Shown here in pieces: positions 1 through 9,269 of a stretch of 35,175 nucleotides of DNA. The DNA is taken from assembly GCA_964419615.1 (NCBI GenBank), contig CAYQPU010000016.1:1-35175 (forward strand), written 5' to 3'. Within the stretch, counting starts at the first letter, position 1. Each line of letters opens with the position of its first letter. This DNA is from an uncultured Methanosarcinales archaeon. GTDB taxonomy: Archaea > Nanobdellota > Nanobdellia > Woesearchaeales > JAGVZT01. The notes below the pieces were generated by a model. That model saw only the letters and a program-made list of their open reading frames with translations, was not told the DNA's origin and made no database searches. The translations under genes were made by a program, and so were the position numbers.

Positions 1-2
1 CT

Positions 3-731
3 GAAGATGCATTAGTAACTGTAAGTGGTATTGCAGCTTCTGACTTTGGTCTTGTAGCAGATAATCTTAAGAAGAATCCTGAAGAAGATCTTAAAAGAAC
101 TTATCTTGATTCTGAAGGAAATACAGTTGAAGGAACCACAACATATGTAAGTTTTTCAGGATTAAATTATATTGGAACTACAAGTACTAACTTACCTCCT
201 TTCCCATTAAGAGCAGATGTATGCTATTTATATGGAACCAAGGCGATGTCACAACTTTGTTTTAAAGAAGATTTATATGACTCAAGTGAAGAGAGTTTAT
301 GTGTTGTAAGTGAAGATAAAGAAATTTTCAGTTCAAATGCACCTCTTCAAGTTATCAGTTTAAAAGAAAGTGCACGAGGAAATGAAAAAATAGGTTTTAC
401 CTTTAAAATATCTCATATGGGAAATGGTGGAATTTTCCAAAAAGGGTCTGAATGTAATACACAAGGAATCACCTTTGAGAATAAAGTATGGGTTGAAGTA
501 AATCTTGTTGGTGGAACTGAGGGAACAGAAGGATTAGAATGTACTGGCCTACAAGATGGAACTGCTGGAAATAATGGATTTGTAACAATGTATAGTGGAG
601 AGAGAGCTGTTACATGTACCATGCCTACATCTGAAAGTGGAGACTTTACAAAACCTGTAGAAATAACACTTGAGTATGATTACAAAGAAGATATTACAAC
701 TCAATTATTGTTAAAACATACTGTTGGTTAA
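3..731 (+). CDS. Surface/secreted protein, 5'-truncated by the window edge (DPANN-type Ig-like family)
   Basis: The frame is open from base 3 (EDALVTV...PLRADVCYLYGTKA) into the tracked ORF at 246. It has spaced Cys residues and a C-terminal PVEITLEYDY resembling 26479..27357. Confidence 0.7.
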   Translation, partial: EDALVTVSGIAASDFGLVADNLKKNPEEDLKRTYLDSEGNTVEGTTTYVSFSGLNYIGTTSTNLPPFPLRADVCYLYGTKAMSQLCFKEDLYDSSEESLCVVSEDKEIFSSNAPLQVISLKESARGNEKIGFTFKISHMGNGGIFQKGSECNTQGITFENKVWVEVNLVGGTEGTEGLECTGLQDGTAGNNGFVTMYSGERAVTCTMPTSESGDFTKPVEITLEYDYKEDITTQLLLKHTVG

Positions 732-760
732 ATCTAATATTTTTTTATTTTTGTTATAAT

Positions 761-1726
761 CTATTTAGATCCAACTAAAGCAAAATAAGCCAATAAAGAT
801 TCCAATTGAATAAACTCATCAGAACCTTCAACTATTCTGAACTCAACTTCCCCGCATTTTGTTATAAGTTCCATCTTTTTTGGATCTTCAATCTCAAGGT
901 TATATATTTCACGAAGAATTTGTTTAATAACATCTAATCCAGAAAGACCATAATTAAGAATAGTATCAAGAAGTTTATCTCTAGCTTTTATAAAATTATT
1001 ATTAATAGCCAAATCTAATATCTCCAGAATCTCTTTTGGTTTAGCAAGTGCAGCAAGTGAAAAAACAACATCTTCTGTAATCTCTTTGCTTAGAGCTGTA
1101 CTACTTTGTAAAATGTTTTCAAGTCTTCTACAATCACCATTACTAATCTGGAACAATGCTTGTTTTGCTTTTTCATTAATCTTAAGATCTTCAGCTTTTG
1201 CTATTTTGTCAATTAATTTAAATATATCCTCTTTTGAAAGTTGTCTAAACCTAAAAATAGCACATCTACTTTGAATAGGATCAATTATTTTTGAAGAATA
1301 ATTACAGCTTAGAATAAATCTACAGGTCTTTGTGTAATTTTCCATAGTTCTTCTCAAAGCCTGCTGTGCTTCTTTAGTCAGAGCATCACTTTCATCTAAG
1401 TAAATTATCTTAAAAGGAACATCTCCAATAGCTTTTGTTCTGGCAAAATCCTTGACCTTATTTCTAATAACATCAATTCCTCTTTCATCAGAGGCATTTA
1501 ATTCAAGCAAATTTGAATGCCATGCGTCTTTGAATAGTTTTTTTGAAACTATTATTGCTAAGCTTGTCTTACCTGTTCCAGCTGGACCAGAAAATAACAT
1601 ATGTGGCATGTTTTTTTGCTTTACAAATGCTTTAACTCTATAAGTAACATGATCCTGGCCAAGTACATCTGAAAAATCATTAGGCCTATACTTTTCAGTC
1701 CAAATTATGTTATTTTCCATAGACAT
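761..1726 (-). CDS. rfcS: Replication factor C small subunit (clamp loader)
   Basis: WTEKYRP, Walker A GPAGTGKT, LELNASDERG, Walker B LDESD, QSRC motif; no intein. Confidence 0.97.
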   Translation of the reverse strand: MSMENNIIWTEKYRPNDFSDVLGQDHVTYRVKAFVKQKNMPHMLFSGPAGTGKTSLAIIVSKKLFKDAWHSNLLELNASDERGIDVIRNKVKDFARTKAIGDVPFKIIYLDESDALTKEAQQALRRTMENYTKTCRFILSCNYSSKIIDPIQSRCAIFRFRQLSKEDIFKLIDKIAKAEDLKINEKAKQALFQISNGDCRRLENILQSSTALSKEITEDVVFSLAALAKPKEILEILDLAINNNFIKARDKLLDTILNYGLSGLDVIKQILREIYNLEIEDPKKMELITKCGEVEFRIVEGSDEFIQLESLLAYFALVGSK

Positions 1727-1763
1727 ATATAATTAAGGTTTAAATAAAAATCTTTGCATAGAA

Positions 1764-2027
1764 CTAAATAATATCTTCTTCAGCTACAACCATAAAGTCT
1801 CCAATAGCAATTACTGCACTAAATGGAATCATGGCATTTCCTTTCTTATCTCTTTCTAACTCAAGTTTTTCAGTGTAGCCTGTTGGACTCTTCAAAACCA
1901 TGTGAATTAATTCACCTGATTTGGTTTCAAAAATAATATCTCCAACTTCCCCAAATCTTTTTCCTGTCTTACTTACTACAGTCTTTCCAAGAAGATCTTT
2001 TGAAAACTTTTTATCCTCTTCTTCCAT
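1764..2027 (-). CDS. PRC-barrel protein, CdpB2-like
   Basis: 87 aa; LLGKTVVSKTGKRFGEVGDI and IPFSAVIAIGDFMVV are PRC-barrel hallmarks; GGTGA Shine-Dalgarno upstream. Confidence 0.85.
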   Translation of the reverse strand: MEEEDKKFSKDLLGKTVVSKTGKRFGEVGDIIFETKSGELIHMVLKSPTGYTEKLELERDKKGNAMIPFSAVIAIGDFMVVAEEDII

Positions 2028-2147
2028 TTATTCACCTACTTTTTATTTATGGTATGTAATATATAAATCTTTTGAATGCCATATATATCTCATATTTTTT
2101 AATAAATTGTCAAAACTATTATAAACCAATAACTAACCCCTCTTATA

Positions 2148-2480
2148 ATGGTAAGAGGATTTATTGATCAAGCTCAGACTGAGTACTGGATTACTAAGGT
2201 ATTTATGACAGATACAGAGATACCAATAACAAAAGAAAATAGAAGGCAATTTATGATAAAAGCACCTATTTTCATGTTTTTAGTATTCTTACTCAGATTC
2301 TTTGTAATGGATAAATTTCCAAACATATTATATTTTGGAGCAATTATCATATTTTTATATATAATAACATATATTGTAACCAAGTTTATCTGGTTTGTTA
2401 ATGAGAAGATAAGTTCTATTAGCTTATTAGCTCTATTTTTGGGATCAATTCCTTTATTTTTATTAATATTGATACTGTAA
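2148..2480 (+). CDS. Small membrane protein, unknown function
   Basis: 110 aa with about 3 hydrophobic segments; 1-nt gap to the next gene. Confidence 0.6.
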   Translation: MVRGFIDQAQTEYWITKVFMTDTEIPITKENRRQFMIKAPIFMFLVFLLRFFVMDKFPNILYFGAIIIFLYIITYIVTKFIWFVNEKISSISLLALFLGSIPLFLLILIL

Positions 2481-2481
2481 A

Positions 2482-2763
2482 ATGATTGTTAAATTATTAG
2501 GGATAGGTGATATGATAGCAGCTTTAGCTGTTTTTATAGTATCCTTAAACCCCAGTTTAATTCCAGGGAAAACCATATTTTATATCGTGTCCTATCTAAT
2601 AATTAAAGGAGGTTTATTTGCTCTTATGGGCAATTTTATTAGTTATATGGATATAATCAGCGGGATTTACATAATTGCCTTGTCAAAAGGCTTTTCAGTG
2701 CCTTTGCTGACATTTATAGTTGTGTTGTTTCTTGTTCAAAAGAATATATTTGCTTTCATCTAA
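2482..2763 (+). CDS. Small integral membrane protein, unknown function
   Basis: 93 aa, almost entirely hydrophobic with a repeated G-x-x-D pattern (GIGDMIA, SYMDIISG). Confidence 0.7.
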   Translation: MIVKLLGIGDMIAALAVFIVSLNPSLIPGKTIFYIVSYLIIKGGLFALMGNFISYMDIISGIYIIALSKGFSVPLLTFIVVLFLVQKNIFAFI

Positions 2764-2814
2764 AAAATCTCAGTTCATTAGGATAGTTGTATGTTTAAGC
2801 TGGATTTTCTCTAT

Positions 2815-3048
2815 CTAGTACGTTTGAAGACTAGAAAGGCTGAAATCATCATCATTTTTAGTTTCATCCTGATTATCAGAATTGTCATTATCACTCATAT
2901 CTGCATCAAACATCCCAAATACATTATCTCCACTAGAAGGAAAGTCAGGTTCAATTGATGGGTTTTCTCCAATAAACTTTTTTAAGAATTCAATAGCCCT
3001 TCTTATTTCAGCACTAGAATCAGTTTTAGTATCTATTGTTATTTTCAT
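2815..3048 (-). CDS. Small hypothetical protein with acidic tail
   Basis: MKITIDTKTDS beta-alpha N-terminus and D/N-rich tail; ATG start with TATA-like sequence upstream. Confidence 0.7.
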   Translation of the reverse strand: MKITIDTKTDSSAEIRRAIEFLKKFIGENPSIEPDFPSSGDNVFGMFDADMSDNDNSDNQDETKNDDDFSLSSLQTY

Positions 3049-3252
3049 AAATCCTATTTTCTGTTTATTATATTTATATCTTTTTATAGTTTATTAAATT
3101 AATCATTATTAAGTAGTAAAAATACGCAAGATTTATAAACTTGAACAACAAATTATATCTTGATGGATAAGTAAAATAAACCTTTTGGACAATCCGGACT
3201 TCAATTAAAATATAAGTTAGGTTTTTACTTATTTGAGACGTTTGGGTTTAGT

Positions 3253-3642
3253 ATGTTGAGTATCTATGGGGATAACTTACAGATAAAGGTCGAACAAAAC
3301 CTTAGAGAATATGATGTCTGGTCTGAATCTCTTGGTAATTTTGGTATGTCAGCAATGATTGGATCTACTGTGGGTTTTTTCATATCTGCTTTTAGTGATT
3401 TTGATCATAAGTATAATCTTGCAGCACTTTTAGCAGTTGGTGTGGGGATGGCTACTAGTTCAGAAATAATCCCTCCTTTTTTTGAATACCTAAATAATCC
3501 TAAAACAGTTGATTTTTTATCAAATTTTTGTCTCAGTGACTTTGTAACAATATCTTCTGCACCATTAGTTCCTTATTTAATTAATGAAGGATTAGATTAT
3601 GTTTTAGGTTATTTTTCAAGAAAAAAAGATATTTCTGTTTGA
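3253..3642 (+). CDS. Hypothetical membrane protein
   Basis: 129 aa ORF with 2-3 hydrophobic segments; no family recognised. Confidence 0.55.
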   Translation: MLSIYGDNLQIKVEQNLREYDVWSESLGNFGMSAMIGSTVGFFISAFSDFDHKYNLAALLAVGVGMATSSEIIPPFFEYLNNPKTVDFLSNFCLSDFVTISSAPLVPYLINEGLDYVLGYFSRKKDISV

Positions 3643-3669
3643 GTATTATATTCGTAGTAATATAAATAA

Positions 3670-3957
3670 TCAGAGCACATAATCCTGTTCTGCACGCCAA
3701 TAATTAATACGATCAGTGCTAAACGCTCTTGCTTCAACCATTGATTGTAAATATCCATATAATCCTCTGATTCCACCAACTTCTTGGCATTCTCTATGAT
3801 TTACAGCTTCCAAATAAGCATCATGTAAATCAGAGAAAGTAAACTTTCTGTCTCTAACAGATAGACTATACATTAAGGTCATAGCTGTTACTCTATTTTG
3901 TTGTTGTGCTTCACTTACTTTAATATCTAAATTTTGTGTATCTGAGGCTGCATCCAT
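3670..3957 (-). CDS. Hypothetical protein
   Basis: ORF track 3670..4011; the first ATG (MDAASD) at 3957 is the more plausible start. Confidence 0.55.
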   Translation of the reverse strand: MDAASDTQNLDIKVSEAQQQNRVTAMTLMYSLSVRDRKFTFSDLHDAYLEAVNHRECQEVGGIRGLYGYLQSMVEARAFSTDRINYWRAEQDYVL

Positions 3958-4023
3958 TTTATAGATTAATTGAGATTTTATTTTACAATAAGATTTGTTT
4001 AATAAAAACAAAACAAAGTTACA

Positions 4024-4290
4024 TTATTTTGCTTTTTGTTGTAATTTTTCTCTTGCACTTTCATACAGATTAATTACAGCTTGTTTAATTCCTCCAGAAT
4101 TATCAATGTATTCCTTAACATCATCTATAAACATTCTTAAAAGAGGGAAATCTTGATCATATACCATCATCTTTTTTATGGGACTACCAAATCCATAACG
4201 TGGACTCATAGCACAATACAATCCATCCCCCATTGGAACAAAACCTGTTGGTTTATTTACTTCTTCTTCTAAAGTTTTTTTGTCACTCAT
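4024..4290 (-). CDS. Hypothetical protein
   Basis: 88 aa ATG ORF, co-oriented with its neighbours. Confidence 0.6.
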   Translation of the reverse strand: MSDKKTLEEEVNKPTGFVPMGDGLYCAMSPRYGFGSPIKKMMVYDQDFPLLRMFIDDVKEYIDNSGGIKQAVINLYESAREKLQQKAK

Positions 4291-4358
4291 TTTAATTATT
4301 AAAAAATAATTGAAGAATAAATATGTTTTGGAAACTCTTAATAAAAAATAGGTAATAA

Positions 4359-4697
4359 TTAACTTTGAGCAATTTCTCTGTATTTAATCATGTTTTGATA
4401 TAATATTTTTACGTGTAGAGGAGCACTCCATTTAGGTGTTCTTGTTTGTTTACCAAAAATACTCATACAATGTGCTTGATTTGCAGGGACATCTAGAGTT
4501 CTAGCAAAATATTCTTGAAGTTTATTGGCCATGAGTTTCTTGGATACAATATCAGAATTTGAATCTGCTATAGTTTGTGCTTTCATATATTCACTTCTTG
4601 TAAATGCATTCTCAAAATATTCAATTGCAATTCCAGGATCAGCAACTATATCTACAAGATTTTTGTGTGGTAGGGCTGCTGGAATTGGTAATACCAT
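4359..4697 (-). CDS. Hypothetical protein
   Basis: 112 aa ATG ORF; no family recognised. Confidence 0.6.
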   Translation of the reverse strand: MVLPIPAALPHKNLVDIVADPGIAIEYFENAFTRSEYMKAQTIADSNSDIVSKKLMANKLQEYFARTLDVPANQAHCMSIFGKQTRTPKWSAPLHVKILYQNMIKYREIAQS

Positions 4698-4856
4698 CTT
4701 TAGTTTTCACCTTTTGCAACTTTTATTAAATCATCCATATTATATTTTAGACAAATCAACTGATATATAAATATTTGGATATAGGATCACTATTAAGTGA
4801 ATAATATATAAAAGGCAGAAATTTTTTCTTTTAAGCCTTTCCATAATAATTTATAC

Positions 4857-6236
4857 TTGTTTATCTCATTAAATGTAATGAGATCTCCTAATTATTCAAG
4901 TAATCCTTTAACTTTTATTAGACTCAAACATCATCAAATGGTAAGAGTAGCTCTTATTAATGGATTATCTGATAAAAATGCATTTAGTAGAGAATATCAT
5001 AAAATAGTCAATTCATTATTAGAACCCTCAGATAGAGTTAGGGGATTTCAACCATTAAAAGATACAAGGGCTTGTGGATCAATACTTAGTACAACACAAA
5101 GAACTAAAAAACAAGATGATTACTTGAAGGGATTGCTCACTAGATTGGGATTTTTAAGTGAATTATGGAAAGATATGCCTTATGATATTCTTGAGCAATA
5201 TAATATAATTCAAGATGTAGATAACTTAGATGATCTTGTTGAAAAAGCAATGACACTAACTCCTTTTGGAGTACTTAAAGTGCCAGAAGATATATTTCCA
5301 GAAGGTGATTGGTTAAAACATATTCCATTGGCTAATAAATTATCCTTAACATCAAAACCAAATTTGACAGCATTTGCATATAAACATGGAATAGAACTAC
5401 CTGAAGCTTTTATTGAAAATGGTTATGTATCAAATGAATTGTGGGATACCATTGAAAGTTATGGATATACCTTAAGAACAGCATTATCTAATGCAATAGG
5501 AGAATTAAGAATCAAACCTGATAATCTAATATCTACAGTCTCTTTTAAGAATCGTTCTAGAAAAGAAGAAACTAGGTTAAAACTACATGATGTAATTGAA
5601 GCACTTGAAAGATTTGTTCACCGGCATATGAATGGAGAAGAAATTATTTTTAGATTAGAAGAAGGAAAATATTCTGGTACTGACTCTGCTCGTGTTCCAA
5701 AAAGACTTCCAATTAAACGTACTAAAGATCCAATACAAGCAGAGTATTTTAATCTAGTTGAGGTTCATTATATGCCTGATTTTTTTGAGTCAGGTGATCA
5801 AGCTGGTTGGTTACATACTCTACCTCACTGTTCTTGTCCTTATAGTGTTAATCTGAGGAATTTTGAAGAAAAGAACCAAGATTCAAGAAAAGTGGTTTGG
5901 AATTGGGATCCACATTCAATGGATATGGTTTTAGAAGTATTGTATAGAGAAGATGGTACTAATGCATGGAGACTGCCAAAAAATCCTGTACCAATTGTAA
6001 CTCCCAAATTTATCCAATTTAGTGATGTTTTAAGATATAATACATATGTTGAGACAAAAGGAGGAAGAAGACCTTTACATGAAACAGAAATAGAAATCAC
6101 TTTGTTTGAGTATGCAAAAAAATATGTATTTAATGCAATGTTTTGCAAACCAAATGAAATTCCAAATGATATAATTGATATGGATTATGTACTGGATCCA
6201 ATGTATTTTACAGCTGACAAATTAGATATGTTGTAA
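4857..6236 (+). CDS. Large hypothetical protein with a SWIM-like metal-binding motif
   Basis: 459 aa ORF (true start may be ATG 4878 or 4938); HCSCP at about 5826-5840 followed by WDPH at 5904-5915. Confidence 0.7.
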   Translation: MFISLNVMRSPNYSSNPLTFIRLKHHQMVRVALINGLSDKNAFSREYHKIVNSLLEPSDRVRGFQPLKDTRACGSILSTTQRTKKQDDYLKGLLTRLGFLSELWKDMPYDILEQYNIIQDVDNLDDLVEKAMTLTPFGVLKVPEDIFPEGDWLKHIPLANKLSLTSKPNLTAFAYKHGIELPEAFIENGYVSNELWDTIESYGYTLRTALSNAIGELRIKPDNLISTVSFKNRSRKEETRLKLHDVIEALERFVHRHMNGEEIIFRLEEGKYSGTDSARVPKRLPIKRTKDPIQAEYFNLVEVHYMPDFFESGDQAGWLHTLPHCSCPYSVNLRNFEEKNQDSRKVVWNWDPHSMDMVLEVLYREDGTNAWRLPKNPVPIVTPKFIQFSDVLRYNTYVETKGGRRPLHETEIEITLFEYAKKYVFNAMFCKPNEIPNDIIDMDYVLDPMYFTADKLDML

Positions 6237-6258
6237 TAATAAATAAACAAATTAAAAA

Positions 6259-6540
6259 TTAAGCAGCAAAATCTTCATCATCATCAGGGCCATAGCTTGG
6301 AATAGCTGCTTTGCTGATTATCATCACATCACCAATGCTTTTTACAAGCTGGTGTGGAACAATAACTCCTTTTGCACTTCCTAGTATTTTACTTAGAAAA
6401 GAATTTCTTGAAGCTTTAACTCTCCACCCAAAAACCTTGTTTTTGGTCAGAATTGCTTCTTCAACATCACCAAAATAATCACCACCATCAGTAAAAACCT
6501 TCATATCATAACTTTCTGACACTTTTTTCATCTTTAACAT
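6259..6540 (-). CDS. PRC-barrel protein, CdpB1-like
   Basis: MKVFTDGGDYFGDVEE and GVIVPHQLVKSIGDVMII; GGAGGG Shine-Dalgarno upstream. Confidence 0.85.
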   Translation of the reverse strand: MLKMKKVSESYDMKVFTDGGDYFGDVEEAILTKNKVFGWRVKASRNSFLSKILGSAKGVIVPHQLVKSIGDVMIISKAAIPSYGPDDDEDFAA

Positions 6541-6633
6541 GCGAATCCCTCCATGAGTATAATATACAAATAATATGCTAAGGCCATATATAAATTTTTC
6601 CTAATATTTGAAAAATGATCATTTTTCTATTTT

Positions 6634-8079
6634 TCAATAACTCTTGGCAAAATAAGCTTTATATTTAGCAGGTTTTCCACAATGGACACATTTTCCTTTA
6701 ACATTTTTCTGCCCAAAAGGAATATTCAAGCTCTTTGCACCACCAGACTTGTCTTTAATCAAGTCTTCACACTCAACATCACCACACCATAATCCAAAAG
6801 CAATTTTATTATCTTTAATTATTTCTTTAAACTGCTTAAAATCATCAGTTTCAACAATGCTATCATTTAAGAAATTCTTGGCTTTTTTAAACATAGTATC
6901 TTGGATATCATCAAGCATTTGATCAACTTCTTTTTTTATTGAGTTGATTTTAACACTCTTTTTTTCACCTGTATCTCTTCTAACCAAAACAACCTGCTTT
7001 TTTTCCAGATCTTTAGGACCTATTTCAATTCTTATTGGAATTCCTTTAAGTTCCCACTCATTAAATTTCCAGCCAGGAGAATAACCATCTCTATCATCCA
7101 GAATTGAATTAAACTTCTTAAGAGTTTTATTTATCTCATTTGCTTTTGATAAAACCTTTTCTTTTGTACTCTTGAAAATAATTGGGACAATTACAACTTT
7201 ATGCACCGCTGCTTTTGGAGGGATAACAAGACCTTTATCATCTCCATGAGTCATAATCATCATCCCAATTGATCTCATGGAAAGTCCCCAAGAATTCTGC
7301 CATACATACTGTTTTTTCTCATTCTCATCTGTAAATGAGATATCAAATGCTTTTGCAAAATTCTGACCTAAAAGATGGGATGTCCCAGCTTGAGCAGCTT
7401 TTCCAACTGGTAAAAATACTTCAACACTTGTTGTGAAATCAGCTCCTGCAAATTTTTCTTTTTCAGACTTGTCTCCTTTTAAAACAGGGATAGCTAAAAG
7501 ATCAGTATATATTTGTTCATAATAATCCAAAATCTGTAAAACTTCTTTTACAGCTTCTTTTCTTGTAGCAAATATTGTATGTCCTTCTTGCCAGAGAATT
7601 TCTCTACCTCTAACAAAAGGCATAGGATCTTTAAACTCCCATCTTACAATATTATTCCATTGATTAAGTCTTATTGGTAAGTCTCTATGACTCTTAACCC
7701 ATTGTCTGTAAGAATCAGACATTATAGTCTCAGAGGTAGGTCTAACTGCAAGTCTTTCATTAAGTTTATTACTCCCACCATGAGTAACCCATGCTACTTC
7801 TGGAGCAAATCCTTCAACATGTTCTGCTTCTTTGTTGAGCAAAGACTCAGGAATAAGCAAAGGAAAATAAGCATTTTTTATACCAATTGCTTTTATTTTC
7901 TTATTAAAAAACTCTTGAATCTTTTCCCAAATCTCATATGCTGTGGGTCTATAAACCATACAACCTGAAACTTTTGTATAATCAGCTAGTTCTGCTTTGA
8001 GTATAACTTGTTGGTACCACTCACTAAAATTCTCTGATTTTTTAACAGTAATTCCTACTTCTGTTTGTTTTTCTTTCAT
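6634..8079 (-). CDS. proS: Prolyl-tRNA synthetase (archaeal/eukaryote type)
   Basis: RPTSET, LNQWNNIVRWE, FVRGREILWQEGH, QAGTSHLLGQNF, KGIPIRIEIGP, C-terminal Cys4 site and AKSY end. Confidence 0.98.
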   Translation of the reverse strand: MKEKQTEVGITVKKSENFSEWYQQVILKAELADYTKVSGCMVYRPTAYEIWEKIQEFFNKKIKAIGIKNAYFPLLIPESLLNKEAEHVEGFAPEVAWVTHGGSNKLNERLAVRPTSETIMSDSYRQWVKSHRDLPIRLNQWNNIVRWEFKDPMPFVRGREILWQEGHTIFATRKEAVKEVLQILDYYEQIYTDLLAIPVLKGDKSEKEKFAGADFTTSVEVFLPVGKAAQAGTSHLLGQNFAKAFDISFTDENEKKQYVWQNSWGLSMRSIGMMIMTHGDDKGLVIPPKAAVHKVVIVPIIFKSTKEKVLSKANEINKTLKKFNSILDDRDGYSPGWKFNEWELKGIPIRIEIGPKDLEKKQVVLVRRDTGEKKSVKINSIKKEVDQMLDDIQDTMFKKAKNFLNDSIVETDDFKQFKEIIKDNKIAFGLWCGDVECEDLIKDKSGGAKSLNIPFGQKNVKGKCVHCGKPAKYKAYFAKSY

Positions 8080-8106
8080 CTTAACCTCATCAATCCTTGG
8101 TTTTAT

Positions 8107-8964
8107 TTAAAGTTTTTGCGAATCTAACCTCCTTTTCAAGTAACTCTTGTTAAAACCAAAAGGTACATAGACTGCAACATTAAGCCTATTTGAGTTCTCC
8201 ATTAATAACTTTTGACCATCTAAATTATCATATCCCATGAGTCCTTGAAGCTCAAGATCCCTATAGGCTGCATGATAAAGTCTTTTTATTACAAAAGTTC
8301 CAACAGCAGATTTTAATCCTCCTTGTTTCCAATGTTCATGAGTTATTTCAATTAATTCATGAAATGTTTCATCTGTATCAGATTCAGATTGTTCAAGTGT
8401 TGTTTTATAACCATTTCCATTTTTCTCATAACAACTCCCTGTTACAATTCTAAAACCAATGTTTCCAGTATGTTCAGCAATTTGGATTAGTTGTTTAACA
8501 TCTTGCTTTGTTCTTCTCAAACCAGTTTGTACTGCTAGTCTGAACACTTGATTAGTACTCAATAATTCTTTAGCAATTTCAATTGTTCCGTCAACATAAT
8601 CTTTACTTTCCATGTCAATCTCTAATAATTGTCCGTGTTCAGTGCAATACCCGCAAAGTTCAATTATGTTGGAAAATGCAAGATTCCAATCCGAAGTAAG
8701 TCCCATGCTAGTTGGTTTGATTGATATTCCAGTTAGTATTCCTTTTAGGAATAACATATCACTCAACTGCTTGTACATATATAGGTTGGAAGATTGATAA
8801 GAGTCTTCACCAAGACAATTAATCAAAGCCTTAATTCCATATGATTCCATCTCTTCTGCTACTCTTACAACTTCTTCTAATTTTACTCCGCCTGTAAATC
8901 TCTGTTGTGCTCTTTCATAATCTCCTTTTGTGTAATCTGTTGTTCCTAGGAACACAACCAGCAT
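8107..8964 (-). CDS. Proline dehydrogenase-family flavoprotein (divergent)
   Basis: RFTGG, LGED, SIKPTSMGL, IDME, AVQ, ELQGLMG and VYVPFG...YLKRRL align with monofunctional ProDH motifs. Confidence 0.8.
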   Translation of the reverse strand: MLVVFLGTTDYTKGDYERAQQRFTGGVKLEEVVRVAEEMESYGIKALINCLGEDSYQSSNLYMYKQLSDMLFLKGILTGISIKPTSMGLTSDWNLAFSNIIELCGYCTEHGQLLEIDMESKDYVDGTIEIAKELLSTNQVFRLAVQTGLRRTKQDVKQLIQIAEHTGNIGFRIVTGSCYEKNGNGYKTTLEQSESDTDETFHELIEITHEHWKQGGLKSAVGTFVIKRLYHAAYRDLELQGLMGYDNLDGQKLLMENSNRLNVAVYVPFGFNKSYLKRRLDSQKL

Positions 8965-9269
8965 CTAGCGTGCTTTTGTCCTCATTTTTAATTGTTAGTT
9001 TCATTTTATTTTTTCCTCCATTTAATATGCAGATGTCTATATCTTCATTATAACACTGCCCCTAATAATAACATTAATAACTATAAAACAGGCTGCAGCG
9101 TGGGTATAGCTAAAGAATTTGATTTAATAGTGTAATAACTAAAGCAAAGAATACTACCTAGGAACACAATCACTTTTGTTCATCTTAACATATGGTAATC
9201 CAACTGAATTTATATTTATTTTGTTTTTGACCAAAACTTTTAAATAATCCTAATGTAAAAAATGGTCTT

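Noticed and set aside
9020-9200. Possible small gene or ncRNA upstream of ProDH
   Set aside because: All frames are interrupted within about 35 codons and no convincing RNA fold or box motifs were found; only the 13-bp repeat is reported.
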